Shown: one piece after another, positions 1 through 10,635 of the stretch
Layout: every line of letters begins with the position of its first letter
How positions within the stretch are numbered: the stretch's first letter is position 1
Origin: Pedobacter sp.
Lineage (GTDB): Bacteria; Desulfobacterota; Desulfuromonadia; Desulfuromonadales; Syntrophotaleaceae
Length of the DNA: 64,000 nucleotides
Assembly (NCBI GenBank): GCA_050253415.1
Contig: JBFWJC010000005.1
Coordinates: 128,001-192,000, forward strand
Direction of reading: 5' to 3'
The notes under the pieces: model-generated
Databases searched by the model: none
What the model saw: the letters and a program-made list of their open reading frames with translations, nothing else
What the model was told of the DNA's origin: nothing
Translations under genes and position numbers: made by a program

Positions 1-678
1 ACCCCTCTACAAAATTTGGTTTTTGATTGTGTTTGGACCAACGGTGCTAAGGAGTTATATCAACCTCTCAACTATCCAGAATTTGAAAAAAAATGGTTTC
101 TTGTGCGTAGGTGTGAAGATAGGCTTGCTATGGTTTTAAATTGGCTTAAGAAAAATTCATTTAATCCAAAAATAGAAAATCTAAGCTATATGGATGTTGG
201 GTCTAATTATGGTTGGTTTGTAGCCGAGATGGAAAAGAGAGGGTTTTCCGCTTTTGGGGTCGAACGTGACCCTGCCGCTATTAAAATTGGAGAAATAGCA
301 TATCAATTAAATCGAAACAAAGTTAAAAGAAAAGATATTGTTGATTTTTGCAAAAATGAAGTAAGGCGTTACGATATTGTGACTTGTTTTAGCGTTTTAC
401 ATCATTTTGTTTTAGGTAAGGCATCTGTTTCAGCCGAAGAGTTTATCAAATTAATTGATAAAATAACAGGAACAGTTTTATTTATTGATACAGGGCAATC
501 TCATGAACAATGGTTTGAGAAGTCGTTGCCAGAATGGGATGAGGGATTCATAAAAACGTGGATCACTAAAAATACATCATTTAATTGTATTGAAAAAATT
601 GGAGTTGATGGTGATTCACAATTCCCTTTTGATAAAAATTATGGAAGAGCTTTATTTGCATGTACAAGAAAAAACTAA
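1..678 (+). CDS. Class I SAM-dependent methyltransferase domain protein (5' end probably outside the window)
   Basis: Motif I YMDVGSNYGWF, acidic VERD, YDIVTCFSVLHH. The frame is open from base 1. Confidence 0.75.
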   Translation, partial: TPLQNLVFDCVWTNGAKELYQPLNYPEFEKKWFLVRRCEDRLAMVLNWLKKNSFNPKIENLSYMDVGSNYGWFVAEMEKRGFSAFGVERDPAAIKIGEIAYQLNRNKVKRKDIVDFCKNEVRRYDIVTCFSVLHHFVLGKASVSAEEFIKLIDKITGTVLFIDTGQSHEQWFEKSLPEWDEGFIKTWITKNTSFNCIEKIGVDGDSQFPFDKNYGRALFACTRKN

Positions 679-707
679 TTTTTTGTATTTCTCATTTTGG
701 ATAAATA

Positions 708-2126
708 GTGAAGACTTCAGGGCTGAGATCCATTGCAGCGAACGCCAGTCACCTAACAATAGCACGCGTTTTTACGCAGATAGTTCGGGCGATTTACGTC
801 ATTGTATTGGCTCGCTATCTTGGGCCGGAGATCTACGGCCTGTTCGCCTATGGTCAATCATGGTATCTGGCCTTTCTGCCACTTGCTGCCCTCGGTCTCG
901 GGTCGATTATCTGTAGGGAGGTAGGTCGAAACAGGGAGCTGGGTGGAAAGATTGTCATACGAGCTCTGGAACTTAGAATTTTGTTGGGGGTTGGAGGGGC
1001 GTTCGTCTGTGGAATTATTGGTTGGGTTTCCGAGGGGGAGACGGTTACGCAAATACTCCTAATTATTTTTTCGTTTGCTTTGATCGGTAGAGGGATTGCA
1101 AACTGGGCGGAACAGGTTTTTGCAGGATATGAGGCGTCTCGTTACACTCTGCAGCAGGAATTTTTTTTTCGTATTCTAGAGGTTGTTATTGGCTTGATAG
1201 CCCTGGGGGGTGGCGGAAGGGTTTTAGCAATAGCATTTGTACATGCATTCATATGGTGGATCCAGGCTTTTCGAGGATTGTACCTTGTCCATCACAATTT
1301 GATTGCTATTCGACTTAAATGGCCATGGTCAAACTTAGTTGGTCTTTTTATTCAGGGGTTACCTCTTTGCCTTTCAGCTCTTTTTTCTGGCTGGCTTCTG
1401 CAAGGGCCATTGGTTCTTTATCGCCATGTTACCAGCGATGGGACAGATCTGGGGCAACTTGCTCTTGTCTTGCAAGCTCTGGTTCTGTTGTGTATCGTTC
1501 CATGGTCCATCGGTATGGCATCCCTTCCGGTACTCAGTCGGGCAGTTGAGCGGCAGGACCGTAAGGATCTGTGGTTCGCAGAAGGAATGCTCCGGATTGG
1601 GTTCCTTCTCGGGGCAATAGCTGCCTTGATCGCCATGGCCTTTGGTCCAAGCTTGGTGCAAGGGGTCTTTGGTGATCGTTATGCACTAGCCGGGCAAATG
1701 CTCGGACCGGGCATTTGGCTGTTAATCCCCCTTACGGCTGGTACCTCATTGGCCCAGGTATTCGTAGCTCGTGGAAGATTTATTATCCCTTGCTTTTATG
1801 CCTTGGTGGGCTCTTTGGTTTTAACGTTGAGCTTGTCTATTCTTGCTTCCAATTTTGGGCTTGCTGGGGTACTGCTTGCAACTGGTGCAGGTTTGGGAGT
1901 TTGGGCTTTAGGTCTTATTTTCCATTTGGCACGTGACTACGGGCTGGATTTAAGCTTTGCTGTTGTGAGGCCTGGAATTGCGGTAATCCTCGCAGCTTTT
2001 TTTTATAAGCTTATGGAACAAACGGGGAAGCCTCTCGCTCTTCTTGCCGGCTGCATGGCGTTGTTAGGAGCCGCGTTATTATTTGGCCTGCTTGTGCCGA
2101 TGCAAAGGACAAGAAGAAAAGTATGA
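708..2126 (+). CDS. wzx: Wzx-type oligosaccharide flippase (MOP superfamily)
   Basis: LARYLGPEIYG N-terminal signature; about 12-14 hydrophobic segments; 472 aa. Confidence 0.8.
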   Translation: MKTSGLRSIAANASHLTIARVFTQIVRAIYVIVLARYLGPEIYGLFAYGQSWYLAFLPLAALGLGSIICREVGRNRELGGKIVIRALELRILLGVGGAFVCGIIGWVSEGETVTQILLIIFSFALIGRGIANWAEQVFAGYEASRYTLQQEFFFRILEVVIGLIALGGGGRVLAIAFVHAFIWWIQAFRGLYLVHHNLIAIRLKWPWSNLVGLFIQGLPLCLSALFSGWLLQGPLVLYRHVTSDGTDLGQLALVLQALVLLCIVPWSIGMASLPVLSRAVERQDRKDLWFAEGMLRIGFLLGAIAALIAMAFGPSLVQGVFGDRYALAGQMLGPGIWLLIPLTAGTSLAQVFVARGRFIIPCFYALVGSLVLTLSLSILASNFGLAGVLLATGAGLGVWALGLIFHLARDYGLDLSFAVVRPGIAVILAAFFYKLMEQTGKPLALLAGCMALLGAALLFGLLVPMQRTRRKV

Positions 2127-2178
2127 CTGTATTATGACGTACCGGTACGGATATTACTTACTTCTATTATTAGAATTG

Positions 2179-3906
2179 TCAGAAACCGAAAAAGATGCTC
2201 ATGGTCGGAGAAGGGGTGGGGGGTGCATAGTTTACTTTGGACCAACGTAGTACTATCGTCTGATTATTTGTCATTGCTTGGACTTTATGGAGACCGTTAG
2301 ATAATATTATTGTTTCTCCAGATGCTTTCTGTGCATTGTCGATAAAAACCTGCTCATTGCTTTCAAGAACGTAGTCCCCGGCAATAAGTATTTCGATAAT
2401 TTGCTGCTCACCGGCCCGATTGAAATGCAAAGTTTTCCCCGGTACCAATATCATGCCCCAGTATGGAACAAAGTTCTCCTCCAGTGTTTTCCTGTCCTCT
2501 TCCAGTAGATCATAATTTGTTTTAAAAAAAGGATTTTCTCTCGGAAAATCGAAATCTAGGTAGGGGATGTTTACCAGCAGAAATTGAGGGCGTTTCTCTT
2601 GAAGAATCCGACGGAAGACCGGCTTGCCTGCAGCCAGGTACTCTTCCATGACCCAAGTACTCATGAAAAGTCCAGCTTTTGGATAGGATGCTACCGCGGA
2701 GCATCCATCGATATAGGGAACGGGGTCAGGGAACATCTTGTGAATTTGGCTAAGAAGCTCCGCCTGGGATCTGTTCCCCCTGTCGAATGCTTTGAAGATA
2801 TGGATTCCTGCGCCAGCGGCGATTGGAAGGGATATTAAGGCAAATAAGAGCAGCAATGCTTTGGAACCGGTTTTTCTGAAGTCCTGCATAAGGTAATGTG
2901 GAAGGATGCCGCAAAAAATAACTGCTGGGGCGATGACGAATACGTAATAGTAAGGGAAGGCGTTGCGGTAAAAGGGCAGAGAAAAAAGCGGCACCAGAAA
3001 AGAGAGCACAAGAAACCCATTTTTCCCCTGTCTTTTTGTTAGGGTGAGGATTGTATAAATAATTCCAACCCCTAAAAGCGCCCAGATGATCGGATTGTTG
3101 CGCAAGGTCCCGGCGAAATATTCCCACCTCGGAAAAAATTCACTTAAAATTATTGCTTTAGAAGAAGCATGATGCGCGAGGCTTTGGTTTGTCGGGACAG
3201 CAGGCAATGGCAGCATGTTTTGGTGTAGCTTGAAACCCAGGCCAAAGGTAAGCGCTAGAGAACTAATGAAAAGTACCGCTTTGCGGAAAATCACACCTTT
3301 TTCAGAGGAAGTTGCCCACAGGGCTGCTATAAGAGCGAAAAGCGAAACAATGTGAATAGCAGCCTTGAGAGAGATTAGGAGAGAAAGCCCCATGGAAATT
3401 CCGGCGATGGCCGGCCACAATCTTGTCTGGCCTTTCTTCAGCAGGGCGAAACATGCCAGTAGAAACAGGAAAGAACAGAATGAGTCATATCGCAAGCTTG
3501 AGCCGTGCTGAATAACGTTGGACAGGGAAAGCCAACAGAAAACAGCAAACAATGCACCCGATCGATTAATAAACTGCCTTGCAATGAGATAAAGCAGGGC
3601 TCCTGAGCCGAGGAATAACATGAAAAGGGCACAACGGGCTGCAACGATCTGGGTAATTTCGTTGCTGGATACCCATGGTACCCATCCCAGTAAGTGAACA
3701 TGAAAGTTTTGGTACGGTCTTGAAATTTCCCCTCTTTGATAGGAAAAAACTTGCGATAAAAAGTGAAATTCGTCCCAACTTATTTTATGTCGAAAAATCA
3801 AAAAAAGTTTTATTGCTAGTTCAAAAAAAATAATAGAGGCTAGCGTTAGGTTGACTCTATCGATTTGTTTGTTGATCAACTTTTTTTGGATGGGCGGAAA
3901 ACTCAT
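2179..3906 (-). CDS. GT-C fold membrane glycosyltransferase (ArnT/PMT-like)
   Basis: TM1 followed by WDEFHF (first-loop DE motif), LRYD motif, many TM segments, C-terminal soluble domain. Confidence 0.65.
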   Translation of the reverse strand: MSFPPIQKKLINKQIDRVNLTLASIIFFELAIKLFLIFRHKISWDEFHFLSQVFSYQRGEISRPYQNFHVHLLGWVPWVSSNEITQIVAARCALFMLFLGSGALLYLIARQFINRSGALFAVFCWLSLSNVIQHGSSLRYDSFCSFLFLLACFALLKKGQTRLWPAIAGISMGLSLLISLKAAIHIVSLFALIAALWATSSEKGVIFRKAVLFISSLALTFGLGFKLHQNMLPLPAVPTNQSLAHHASSKAIILSEFFPRWEYFAGTLRNNPIIWALLGVGIIYTILTLTKRQGKNGFLVLSFLVPLFSLPFYRNAFPYYYVFVIAPAVIFCGILPHYLMQDFRKTGSKALLLLFALISLPIAAGAGIHIFKAFDRGNRSQAELLSQIHKMFPDPVPYIDGCSAVASYPKAGLFMSTWVMEEYLAAGKPVFRRILQEKRPQFLLVNIPYLDFDFPRENPFFKTNYDLLEEDRKTLEENFVPYWGMILVPGKTLHFNRAGEQQIIEILIAGDYVLESNEQVFIDNAQKASGETIILSNGLHKVQAMTNNQTIVLRWSKVNYAPPTPSPTMSIFFGF

Positions 3907-4005
3907 GCGTGTTTCCTCAAGAAGAACGAGTTGGTGTTTTTCGAATAGTGTGGGCCTTCTAGGTATACGTAAGTGCGGTGATAAACGCGGGGCGTAATTT
4001 AATTT

Positions 4006-5151
4006 TCATAGTTCCAGATCATTTCCATGCTCCATTTTCCTCGTGAAAAAAATCTCCACGCTTTTCCAGATCACAACTGTCAATAAGGCGCTAAGGTAGC
4101 CATCAACGGCGTAATGCCAGCCAAGATGAATCGAACCGATCTGGATAATGACTGCAAATCCTATCATTAACCATCCCAGCCATCGTGCAACCCGTCTGTA
4201 CAGCAGAGTCATCAATACTGCGATGGATACATGCATGCTTGGCATGGCAGAAATTCCGCCAAAAGGCATGAATGTGCCAGCTTGTGAGGCTTTCCATAGA
4301 GCACTTTGAATGCCGACGGCCCAGAGATTGGGGATACTTCGCAAATATTGGAACAGGGGTTCGTATGGGCTTATGGATGTCCCTGTTACTTCTGAAAAAT
4401 AGCACGGACCAGCGGATGACAGGAGAACAGCCAGAATATTGCCTATTAGAATCCAACAGCAGGCCAGAGATATAAAGAATTGCATCCGTAGTCTCTTGTT
4501 AGCATGGCAAGCCATATATAATAAAGAATATACAAATAAAGAACCCCAGGACAGGTAACAAAAGTCGATAAATTGCGTAATTGCAGGATGTCCAATAATA
4601 GGTTGGATAATCTCCCATGGGGAATTATTGAAGTGTAAAAGTTTGTCAATTCGGTAAAATAATGGATCTAGGGAGTAGTTGTTAAAAAATGGAATTGTTT
4701 GTTTAAGGCTGCTATACGAGGATATAAAAAGAGGGATAATTGAAAAAATTACCAGGAATCTTGCTATTGTAGACGAGCATAGATTGTCACTTCGTAGTCT
4801 TGACCATATCAAAGGAAATGCGGAAAAACCTCTATTGAAATATATGACAAGATATGTGACTATTATCGCAGAGAAATATATAAAAATAAATATATAACAA
4901 TACTTAAAAAACTCGACATAGTAAAAAGCAATACTGTATGTAATCTTTTTGTGTAAATAGTATCCAATGGCCACTGTGAACAGATAATAGATTATAGAAA
5001 TGAAGATAAGTACTGAGTTATCCTGAAGAGCTAACTTAAGGTTTATAAAAAATGTTTTCAATAATTCCGTTATCGAGGCTGGTAAACGGGAAAAATTGTT
5101 TTTTAGACATTCCTGGTTGCCTTTGATTGTTTCTGCTATATAATTTTTCAT
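4006..5151 (-). CDS. PAP2-superfamily Aur1/Ipt1-like phosphatase/phosphotransferase, membrane-bound
   Basis: SAGPCY, AMPSMHV and GWHYAVDGY motifs of the Aur1/Ipt1 (PAP2_3) family. AT-rich gene; start taken at ATG 5151. Confidence 0.75.
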   Translation of the reverse strand: MKNYIAETIKGNQECLKNNFSRLPASITELLKTFFINLKLALQDNSVLIFISIIYYLFTVAIGYYLHKKITYSIAFYYVEFFKYCYIFIFIYFSAIIVTYLVIYFNRGFSAFPLIWSRLRSDNLCSSTIARFLVIFSIIPLFISSYSSLKQTIPFFNNYSLDPLFYRIDKLLHFNNSPWEIIQPIIGHPAITQFIDFCYLSWGSLFVYSLLYMACHANKRLRMQFFISLACCWILIGNILAVLLSSAGPCYFSEVTGTSISPYEPLFQYLRSIPNLWAVGIQSALWKASQAGTFMPFGGISAMPSMHVSIAVLMTLLYRRVARWLGWLMIGFAVIIQIGSIHLGWHYAVDGYLSALLTVVIWKSVEIFFTRKMEHGNDLEL

Positions 5152-5283
5152 AATGACAGTCGGTCCTTCAAATGATTTCAAAAATGTGAAGGACTTATAG
5201 TCCTTTAAAACAATAACTTAATATTAAATATGATAAAAATTACTAGTGGAAGTTCATTTTATGTTCAACTATAGCGACGAAAC

Positions 5284-6093
5284 ATGATTTTTCAATTATC
5301 AGGGAGAGAAACAATGGCAAGTGCCTCAAAAATGCTGTCTGTTGTGATTCCTGCGTACAACGAAGAAAAACGTCTACCCTCATCTTTACAGGTACTTTGT
5401 GGCACGGTTGGACAGTACTTCCCAAATTTTGAAATAATTATCGTAGATGACGGTAGTACGGATAGTACTGCGGATATCGTTATGTCTTACAGCACACAGC
5501 AATCTAATGTTCGTCTGGTCCGTTATGAGAAAAATCGTGGTAAGGGTTATGCTGTTCGCACCGGTGTTCTGGCTTCGACGGGTGATCTTGTTTTGTTCAG
5601 CGATGCAGATCTCTCTACCCCCCTTGGCGAGATTAGCAAACTGATGGCGGCCATTGATGGCGGAGCCGATGTTGCGATTGGATCGAGAGCAGTCAAGGAT
5701 GCTGTTATTGTAAAGCGGCAACCGCTCTACAGGGTATTAATGGGGAAAACCTTCAATAAAGCTGTTCAACTTCTCGCGACTCCTGGCATCTCCGATACTC
5801 AATGCGGCTTTAAGCTGTTTACACGGACGGCGGCGGTGTGCCTTTTCAGTGATTGCTGTATCGATGGGTTCGGCTTTGATGTTGAGGTACTTTTTCTTGC
5901 ACGGAAAAGAGGGTTGATGATTAGTGAAATTGGTGTTGATTGGCTCAATTCGCCTGATAGCAAGGTCCATCCCATAATCGATTCATCTCGCATGTTAAGG
6001 GATTTGTTTATTATCAGGCGTCATGCATGGATGGGTCATTACGGTGATTTTTTATCTGTTCGGACCAAAATTGAAGCATCCTCGTCTGAATAG
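5284..6093 (+). CDS. GT2 polyprenyl-phosphate glycosyltransferase (dolichyl-phosphate beta-glucosyltransferase / GtrB-like)
   Basis: LSVVIPAYNEEKRL, VDDGSTD, NRGKGYAVR, FSDADLS, DTQCGFKLF, FGFDVEVL. Confidence 0.9.
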   Translation: MIFQLSGRETMASASKMLSVVIPAYNEEKRLPSSLQVLCGTVGQYFPNFEIIIVDDGSTDSTADIVMSYSTQQSNVRLVRYEKNRGKGYAVRTGVLASTGDLVLFSDADLSTPLGEISKLMAAIDGGADVAIGSRAVKDAVIVKRQPLYRVLMGKTFNKAVQLLATPGISDTQCGFKLFTRTAAVCLFSDCCIDGFGFDVEVLFLARKRGLMISEIGVDWLNSPDSKVHPIIDSSRMLRDLFIIRRHAWMGHYGDFLSVRTKIEASSSE

Positions 6094-7550
6094 GTTTCGT
6101 GCCAATTGCCTGTCGCTTTCAGATATCGGACCAAGGTTGAATCACCAGGATGAAGTATCCAGTCAATAGCGTACTTTTCCAATAGTTCTTCAGTCTCTTT
6201 TTTCACAGAGACGATCTTTTGATAATCTCCAAAAATTTCCTCTCCATACATATCTGCGCGCCCATCAATAAAAACCTTTTGTGGAGGGTCAAGTGCATAA
6301 ATCAGATATCCTCCCCATGCATACTTATTGAACATGTTTCCGGTCGGCCGGGTATGGTTCAGGTACTTTACAGCTTCAACTGGATGACTTGCCACAGGTA
6401 GGGGGATAAATGTTTCCAATAATCCTCTGGTCGAAGGATGTGATGGTCCAGAGAATAAAGCTAATGCTATGGCTAGAATAATCGTTGCAATAGGCCCGCT
6501 TGCCTTTGAAGTTTGAACTTGTTGAGCGCTTGTTGGCTTGAAAAACGATTTTGCTTTAGGGCAGGGTAGGGATTTAATTGCACTGGCAAGGTAGGGACAA
6601 AGAAATACCGAAGCCATGCTAATGTATCGCTGATGGGTCAAAGAAGCGTTTATAAAAAACAATACAAAGAGCCGATCGGTCCAGCTTGTTTGTGTGGATT
6701 TAAGAGACATGAGCAGCAGGATTAGTAACAAGAACAGCCTGAAAAGCCATTCATCCTGAAGGTTGGGCGGTAACCATTCAACTATTCCCTTGGAAAAAAC
6801 ACCACTGGTGACCTGAAAGGGAAAAAGATAGAGTTTATAGCCAAACGGGTTGATGCCTGCCGCCAGAATCGACAGGCCAAAAAATATAGTCGGACGTTTA
6901 AGTTTCTGGATGAGGCCACGGATTCTGATTGTGTGATTATCAGAAATTCCATCCAGTACAGTCCCACCGATCACGAGACCCTGCAATGCCAATCCAAGAA
7001 TAAATCCGCCATGCAGGTTGGCCCATAAGACGGTCATTGGGGGCAATAACCAGTACCATCGTCCCTGCTTATGCAAAGCGTAAAGGGTAATTACGCCAAA
7101 CAACCATGAAAAAACATGGGGGCGGGCCAGCATATGTGTCATGGAAAAGGTAAAGGCGATGGATACTGCAATAATTGCAACCCAGTCACCCACCTTGCTG
7201 GAAACGATGCGGAACAGAAGCCAAAAGCTCAGGGAAGCAATAACAAAGAAAAAAAGCACTAATCCTGTGAGGCCGGCATATTGATGAAGGTAGGCCATGA
7301 TGATTTCAGATAACCACTCGTGGGCCATCCAGGGTTTTCCAAATGCGGTGTGGGAAAAGACGTCTTGTGTAAGAATGATGTGGTTTGACAGCATGTGTTT
7401 GCCAGCTGCTATATGCCAGAGGGTGTCTCCATCCCCGAGGGCTTTACCACTATCAAAAATCACCAACAGAGCAAAGGTAATAAAACCATACAAACCTGCG
7501 ATGTCAGGCAAAATAGAGATTTTGCCTGCTGCACGTGGGTTGCTGACCAT
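6039..7550 (-). CDS. Polytopic membrane protein, putative GT-C glycosyltransferase, directly downstream of tadD
   Basis: DGDTLWH in first loop, AHEWLSE, LARPH, WANLHGGF, FIDGRADMYG; about 11 TM segments plus a C-terminal soluble domain; 17 nt after the tadD stop. Confidence 0.55.
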   Translation of the reverse strand: MVSNPRAAGKISILPDIAGLYGFITFALLVIFDSGKALGDGDTLWHIAAGKHMLSNHIILTQDVFSHTAFGKPWMAHEWLSEIIMAYLHQYAGLTGLVLFFFVIASLSFWLLFRIVSSKVGDWVAIIAVSIAFTFSMTHMLARPHVFSWLFGVITLYALHKQGRWYWLLPPMTVLWANLHGGFILGLALQGLVIGGTVLDGISDNHTIRIRGLIQKLKRPTIFFGLSILAAGINPFGYKLYLFPFQVTSGVFSKGIVEWLPPNLQDEWLFRLFLLLILLLMSLKSTQTSWTDRLFVLFFINASLTHQRYISMASVFLCPYLASAIKSLPCPKAKSFFKPTSAQQVQTSKASGPIATIILAIALALFSGPSHPSTRGLLETFIPLPVASHPVEAVKYLNHTRPTGNMFNKYAWGGYLIYALDPPQKVFIDGRADMYGEEIFGDYQKIVSVKKETEELLEKYAIDWILHPGDSTLVRYLKATGNWHETYSDEDASILVRTDKKSP

Positions 7551-7567
7551 GCTGAATGACCCTTTCG

Positions 7568-8533
7568 TCAGTCGCCGGACTTGGAGCGCAGGCTATTGAG
7601 ACGCTCAAGATTCTGTTGCGCACGCATGTAAAAGACCGGATTAAGTTCCATGGCCTTCCGAAAGGCTTTTTCAGCTTTATCCCAGTTTCCCTGGGTCATG
7701 TAGAGGTATCCAATGTTGTTGTAAGCTGCCGGTTTTCCGAGCGTATTTTCAAACAGTTGTAATGCTCGTACTTCCTCGTTATTGAGTAGAAATGCTGTAG
7801 CAAGGTTGTTTTTACTACGCACGTTGGACGAATCGATTGCCAAAGCTTTGGAAAAAAGAGGAATGGCTTCGCTGTAACGCCCCTGAAGTAAGTAGTTGAA
7901 ACCGAGGTTGTTATATCCTGACGGTTTGCTAGGTTGCAGAGTCAGGACTTTCTGATGTAAAGGTTCGGCCTTGGTAAGTTTTTCCTGGCCGATACTGTCA
8001 TAGGTTATGGCCAGTTCACTTATGGTAGTCGGATCATCGGAGTATGATTCGTAAAGCCTCTCCAAGAGAGTTTCAGCGGTCGGGTAATCACCTTGATTGC
8101 GTGCAATCCGTGCCAACCCGAGCATTGCCACCTTATTTATCGGATCCTTTTCAAGAACCGTATTGAAAATTTCCCTGGCCCTGGTTGCGTTTCCGCGGGC
8201 AAAAAAGACCTGTCCCATACCTGCCAACGGCACTATCGCATCAGGTTTTTTTTGCAGCGCAGCAGAGAAATGTAATCTGGCCAACTCAAGATTTCCCTGG
8301 GCTAAATAAGCGTTACCTTTCTCGGTTAATTCCTCCGCGGGTAAATCGGCGATTCGTTCACCGAGAGTATTATCATCCCCTTTGTCAAGAACGGTTAATT
8401 TGGCAATTTTCTGGTGGTAGGGGTCAGCCACAGGGGTACAGGCAGCGCTAAGCAGAAGCAAAAGTGTGGCAAGTACGCCCACGGTACTTTTGGATATAAG
8501 GGTAGGGCAAGATGCAATGATCGATTTTTTCAA
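7568..8533 (-). CDS. tadD: TPR lipoprotein, TadD-like pilotin
   Basis: Lipobox LSAAC; TPR repeats (YNNLG, KNNLA, AYNNIG); follows tadC. Confidence 0.75.
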   Translation of the reverse strand: MKKSIIASCPTLISKSTVGVLATLLLLLSAACTPVADPYHQKIAKLTVLDKGDDNTLGERIADLPAEELTEKGNAYLAQGNLELARLHFSAALQKKPDAIVPLAGMGQVFFARGNATRAREIFNTVLEKDPINKVAMLGLARIARNQGDYPTAETLLERLYESYSDDPTTISELAITYDSIGQEKLTKAEPLHQKVLTLQPSKPSGYNNLGFNYLLQGRYSEAIPLFSKALAIDSSNVRSKNNLATAFLLNNEEVRALQLFENTLGKPAAYNNIGYLYMTQGNWDKAEKAFRKAMELNPVFYMRAQQNLERLNSLRSKSGD

Positions 8534-8656
8534 TAGAGTCTCTCCTTAACAATCCAATGACATGAAATTCGTGCTGACAGTTAATCAATATTTCATATAA
8601 AGCAAAAATGGATGCTACTAACAGGGCAAATAATCTCGCATGAAAATTTGGCTGCC

Positions 8657-9637
8657 TCAGTCCCCCATGGCTGGGAACAAAACTCTTATGATTCTTATCA
8701 CACCCGGCCCAACCAGAACAACGAAGATTGCAGGGAAGATAAAGAACACGAGAGGGAATATTAGTTTAACCGTTGACTTTGCAGCTTTTTCTTCAGCAAG
8801 TTGGCGCCGTTTGATGCGCATTGCATCTGAATGTACCCGTAATGCTTTGGCCAGGCTTGTTCCGAAACGGCTTGTTTGAATGAGGATAGTCATTAAATTG
8901 TTGATTTCAGAAACTCCGGTACGCAAGGACATGTTCTTGAAACATTCATTACGAGGCTTACCCGCCCGAATTTCAAGATTAGTCAGGTGAAACTCATCGC
9001 TTAGGTCCCGCCCAAGTGGACGAATTTCCTCGCCAACTCTTCGAAAGGTCATATCCAGACCAAGGCCGGCTTCGACACATACAACCATCAGGTCAAGGGC
9101 ATCAGGCAGCGCACGAAGAATGCGCCCTTGCCGAGATCTCGTGGCAAACCCTAGTATGGTGTCGGGTAGACCGAAGCCAATGATGACCAACAGCAGACAT
9201 AGCAAGACAAATTGCAGGTCAATGGTAAAGAAAAAGCGAGAAATCAGATAGGAAAGAGGCAGCAATACGCCCAGCAGAATCTTGGCGCCAATGAAATTGT
9301 AGTAAGCTGCATTAGAGCGCCATCCGGCTTGAATAAGGCGCAACCGAACTGCCTTGTTCATGGCACCGGGTTTATGTGCAACAATATCGTCAATCGGCTT
9401 GGCAAAACGGGTTACAAAATTATTGGCATTGCCTTCGAGCAATTTAGGTTTATGTTTTATGGTTGTTTTGGCATTAGGCAGTAGTTTTTCCAGTCGCTGT
9501 TCCTCTCGCGATTTGCGGGTAAGCAACAGGTAAATGGCCAAAACAATAAAAGCAACGGTTAAAAATGTAAGGATAAGCACTGCCCAATAACCAGCATTAT
9601 CAAGCAATCGGTAATAAATATTTAAAACGGTATTCAT
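8657..9637 (-). CDS. tadC: Tad pilus inner-membrane platform protein TadC
   Basis: LPDALDLMVVCVEAGLGLD; AEEKAAKSTVKLIFPL. Confidence 0.92.
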   Translation of the reverse strand: MNTVLNIYYRLLDNAGYWAVLILTFLTVAFIVLAIYLLLTRKSREEQRLEKLLPNAKTTIKHKPKLLEGNANNFVTRFAKPIDDIVAHKPGAMNKAVRLRLIQAGWRSNAAYYNFIGAKILLGVLLPLSYLISRFFFTIDLQFVLLCLLLVIIGFGLPDTILGFATRSRQGRILRALPDALDLMVVCVEAGLGLDMTFRRVGEEIRPLGRDLSDEFHLTNLEIRAGKPRNECFKNMSLRTGVSEINNLMTILIQTSRFGTSLAKALRVHSDAMRIKRRQLAEEKAAKSTVKLIFPLVFFIFPAIFVVLVGPGVIRIIRVLFPAMGD

Positions 9638-9648
9638 ACAGCGCCTCC

Positions 9649-10626
9649 TTATAGCTCGATGGTGACAATCTTTTTGATAACGAAGGCACCCAAAATCTGG
9701 AGAACAATGGCCCCTGCCAGCATATATTGACCGATTTCATCGGTCCAGAGAAGAGTCAGATATTTATGGTTGATAAAAAATATGTAGGCGAATAAAGCTA
9801 TGGGTAGCCCTATAAGGACCATAGCTGACAAGCGACCCTCTGCGGTCAAGGCTTTAACCTGCCGCTTGAATTGGATACGCTCCCGGATAAGGCGGCTGAT
9901 GTTATCGAGGATCTCTGCTACATTGCCGCCTGTTTCACGTTGAATGATAACCGAAATGGCGAAAAATCTGAGGTCTGTACTGGGAACGCGCTCGCAAAGG
10001 TTTTCAAATGCCTCTTCAAAAGTAAGTCCCAGGTTGATTTCATCGACCGCCGCACCAAATTCCACGCTGATGGGAGCCTCCATTTCATCGGAGACCATCT
10101 CTAGCCCCGAGGTCATGGCGTGACCTGAACGAAGTGCCCGCGCCAAAAGATCCAGTGCCTCAGGGAGTTGGTCCTGAAACTTATTGATATATGCCTTTTC
10201 GGCCAGTTTGAGATAGCCAAAGGGTAGGCAAGTTACGAGTATGGAGAGAATAATTGTCATTAATAGGAAAGGCGAATACTTTAGGCCTAGTAATAGGGCG
10301 ATCAGGCCTAACGATAAACTGACCAGTACAAAAACGCTGGCATTGAAGGGCAGGTTTGATTTGACCAGCATTCGGTCCAGCAGGCTTACGCGAGGCATTT
10401 TCAAGGCCAGTTTCTGTATGCCTCCCGCGTCGCGCAAGATTTTGTCACGATAATTGAGTAATTTGTCGCGACCGTGCTTCCCGCCAGCAGAAATGTACAA
10501 CAACCGCTTTTTGATGGCTTTTTTTTCGACAAAACGGCTTTCCGTCCACGCCATAAACAGGAGTATGACTATTGACGCGGCGAACAGGAAGACTGTGGCC
10601 ATTATGAGTGTGTCAAGAAGATCCAT
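9649..10626 (-). CDS. tadB: Tad pilus inner-membrane platform protein TadB
   Basis: QLPEALDLLARALRSGH; IQRETGGN; ALTAEGRLSA. Confidence 0.92.
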   Translation of the reverse strand: MDLLDTLIMATVFLFAASIVILLFMAWTESRFVEKKAIKKRLLYISAGGKHGRDKLLNYRDKILRDAGGIQKLALKMPRVSLLDRMLVKSNLPFNASVFVLVSLSLGLIALLLGLKYSPFLLMTIILSILVTCLPFGYLKLAEKAYINKFQDQLPEALDLLARALRSGHAMTSGLEMVSDEMEAPISVEFGAAVDEINLGLTFEEAFENLCERVPSTDLRFFAISVIIQRETGGNVAEILDNISRLIRERIQFKRQVKALTAEGRLSAMVLIGLPIALFAYIFFINHKYLTLLWTDEIGQYMLAGAIVLQILGAFVIKKIVTIEL

Positions 10627-10635
10627 GTTGCCTCC

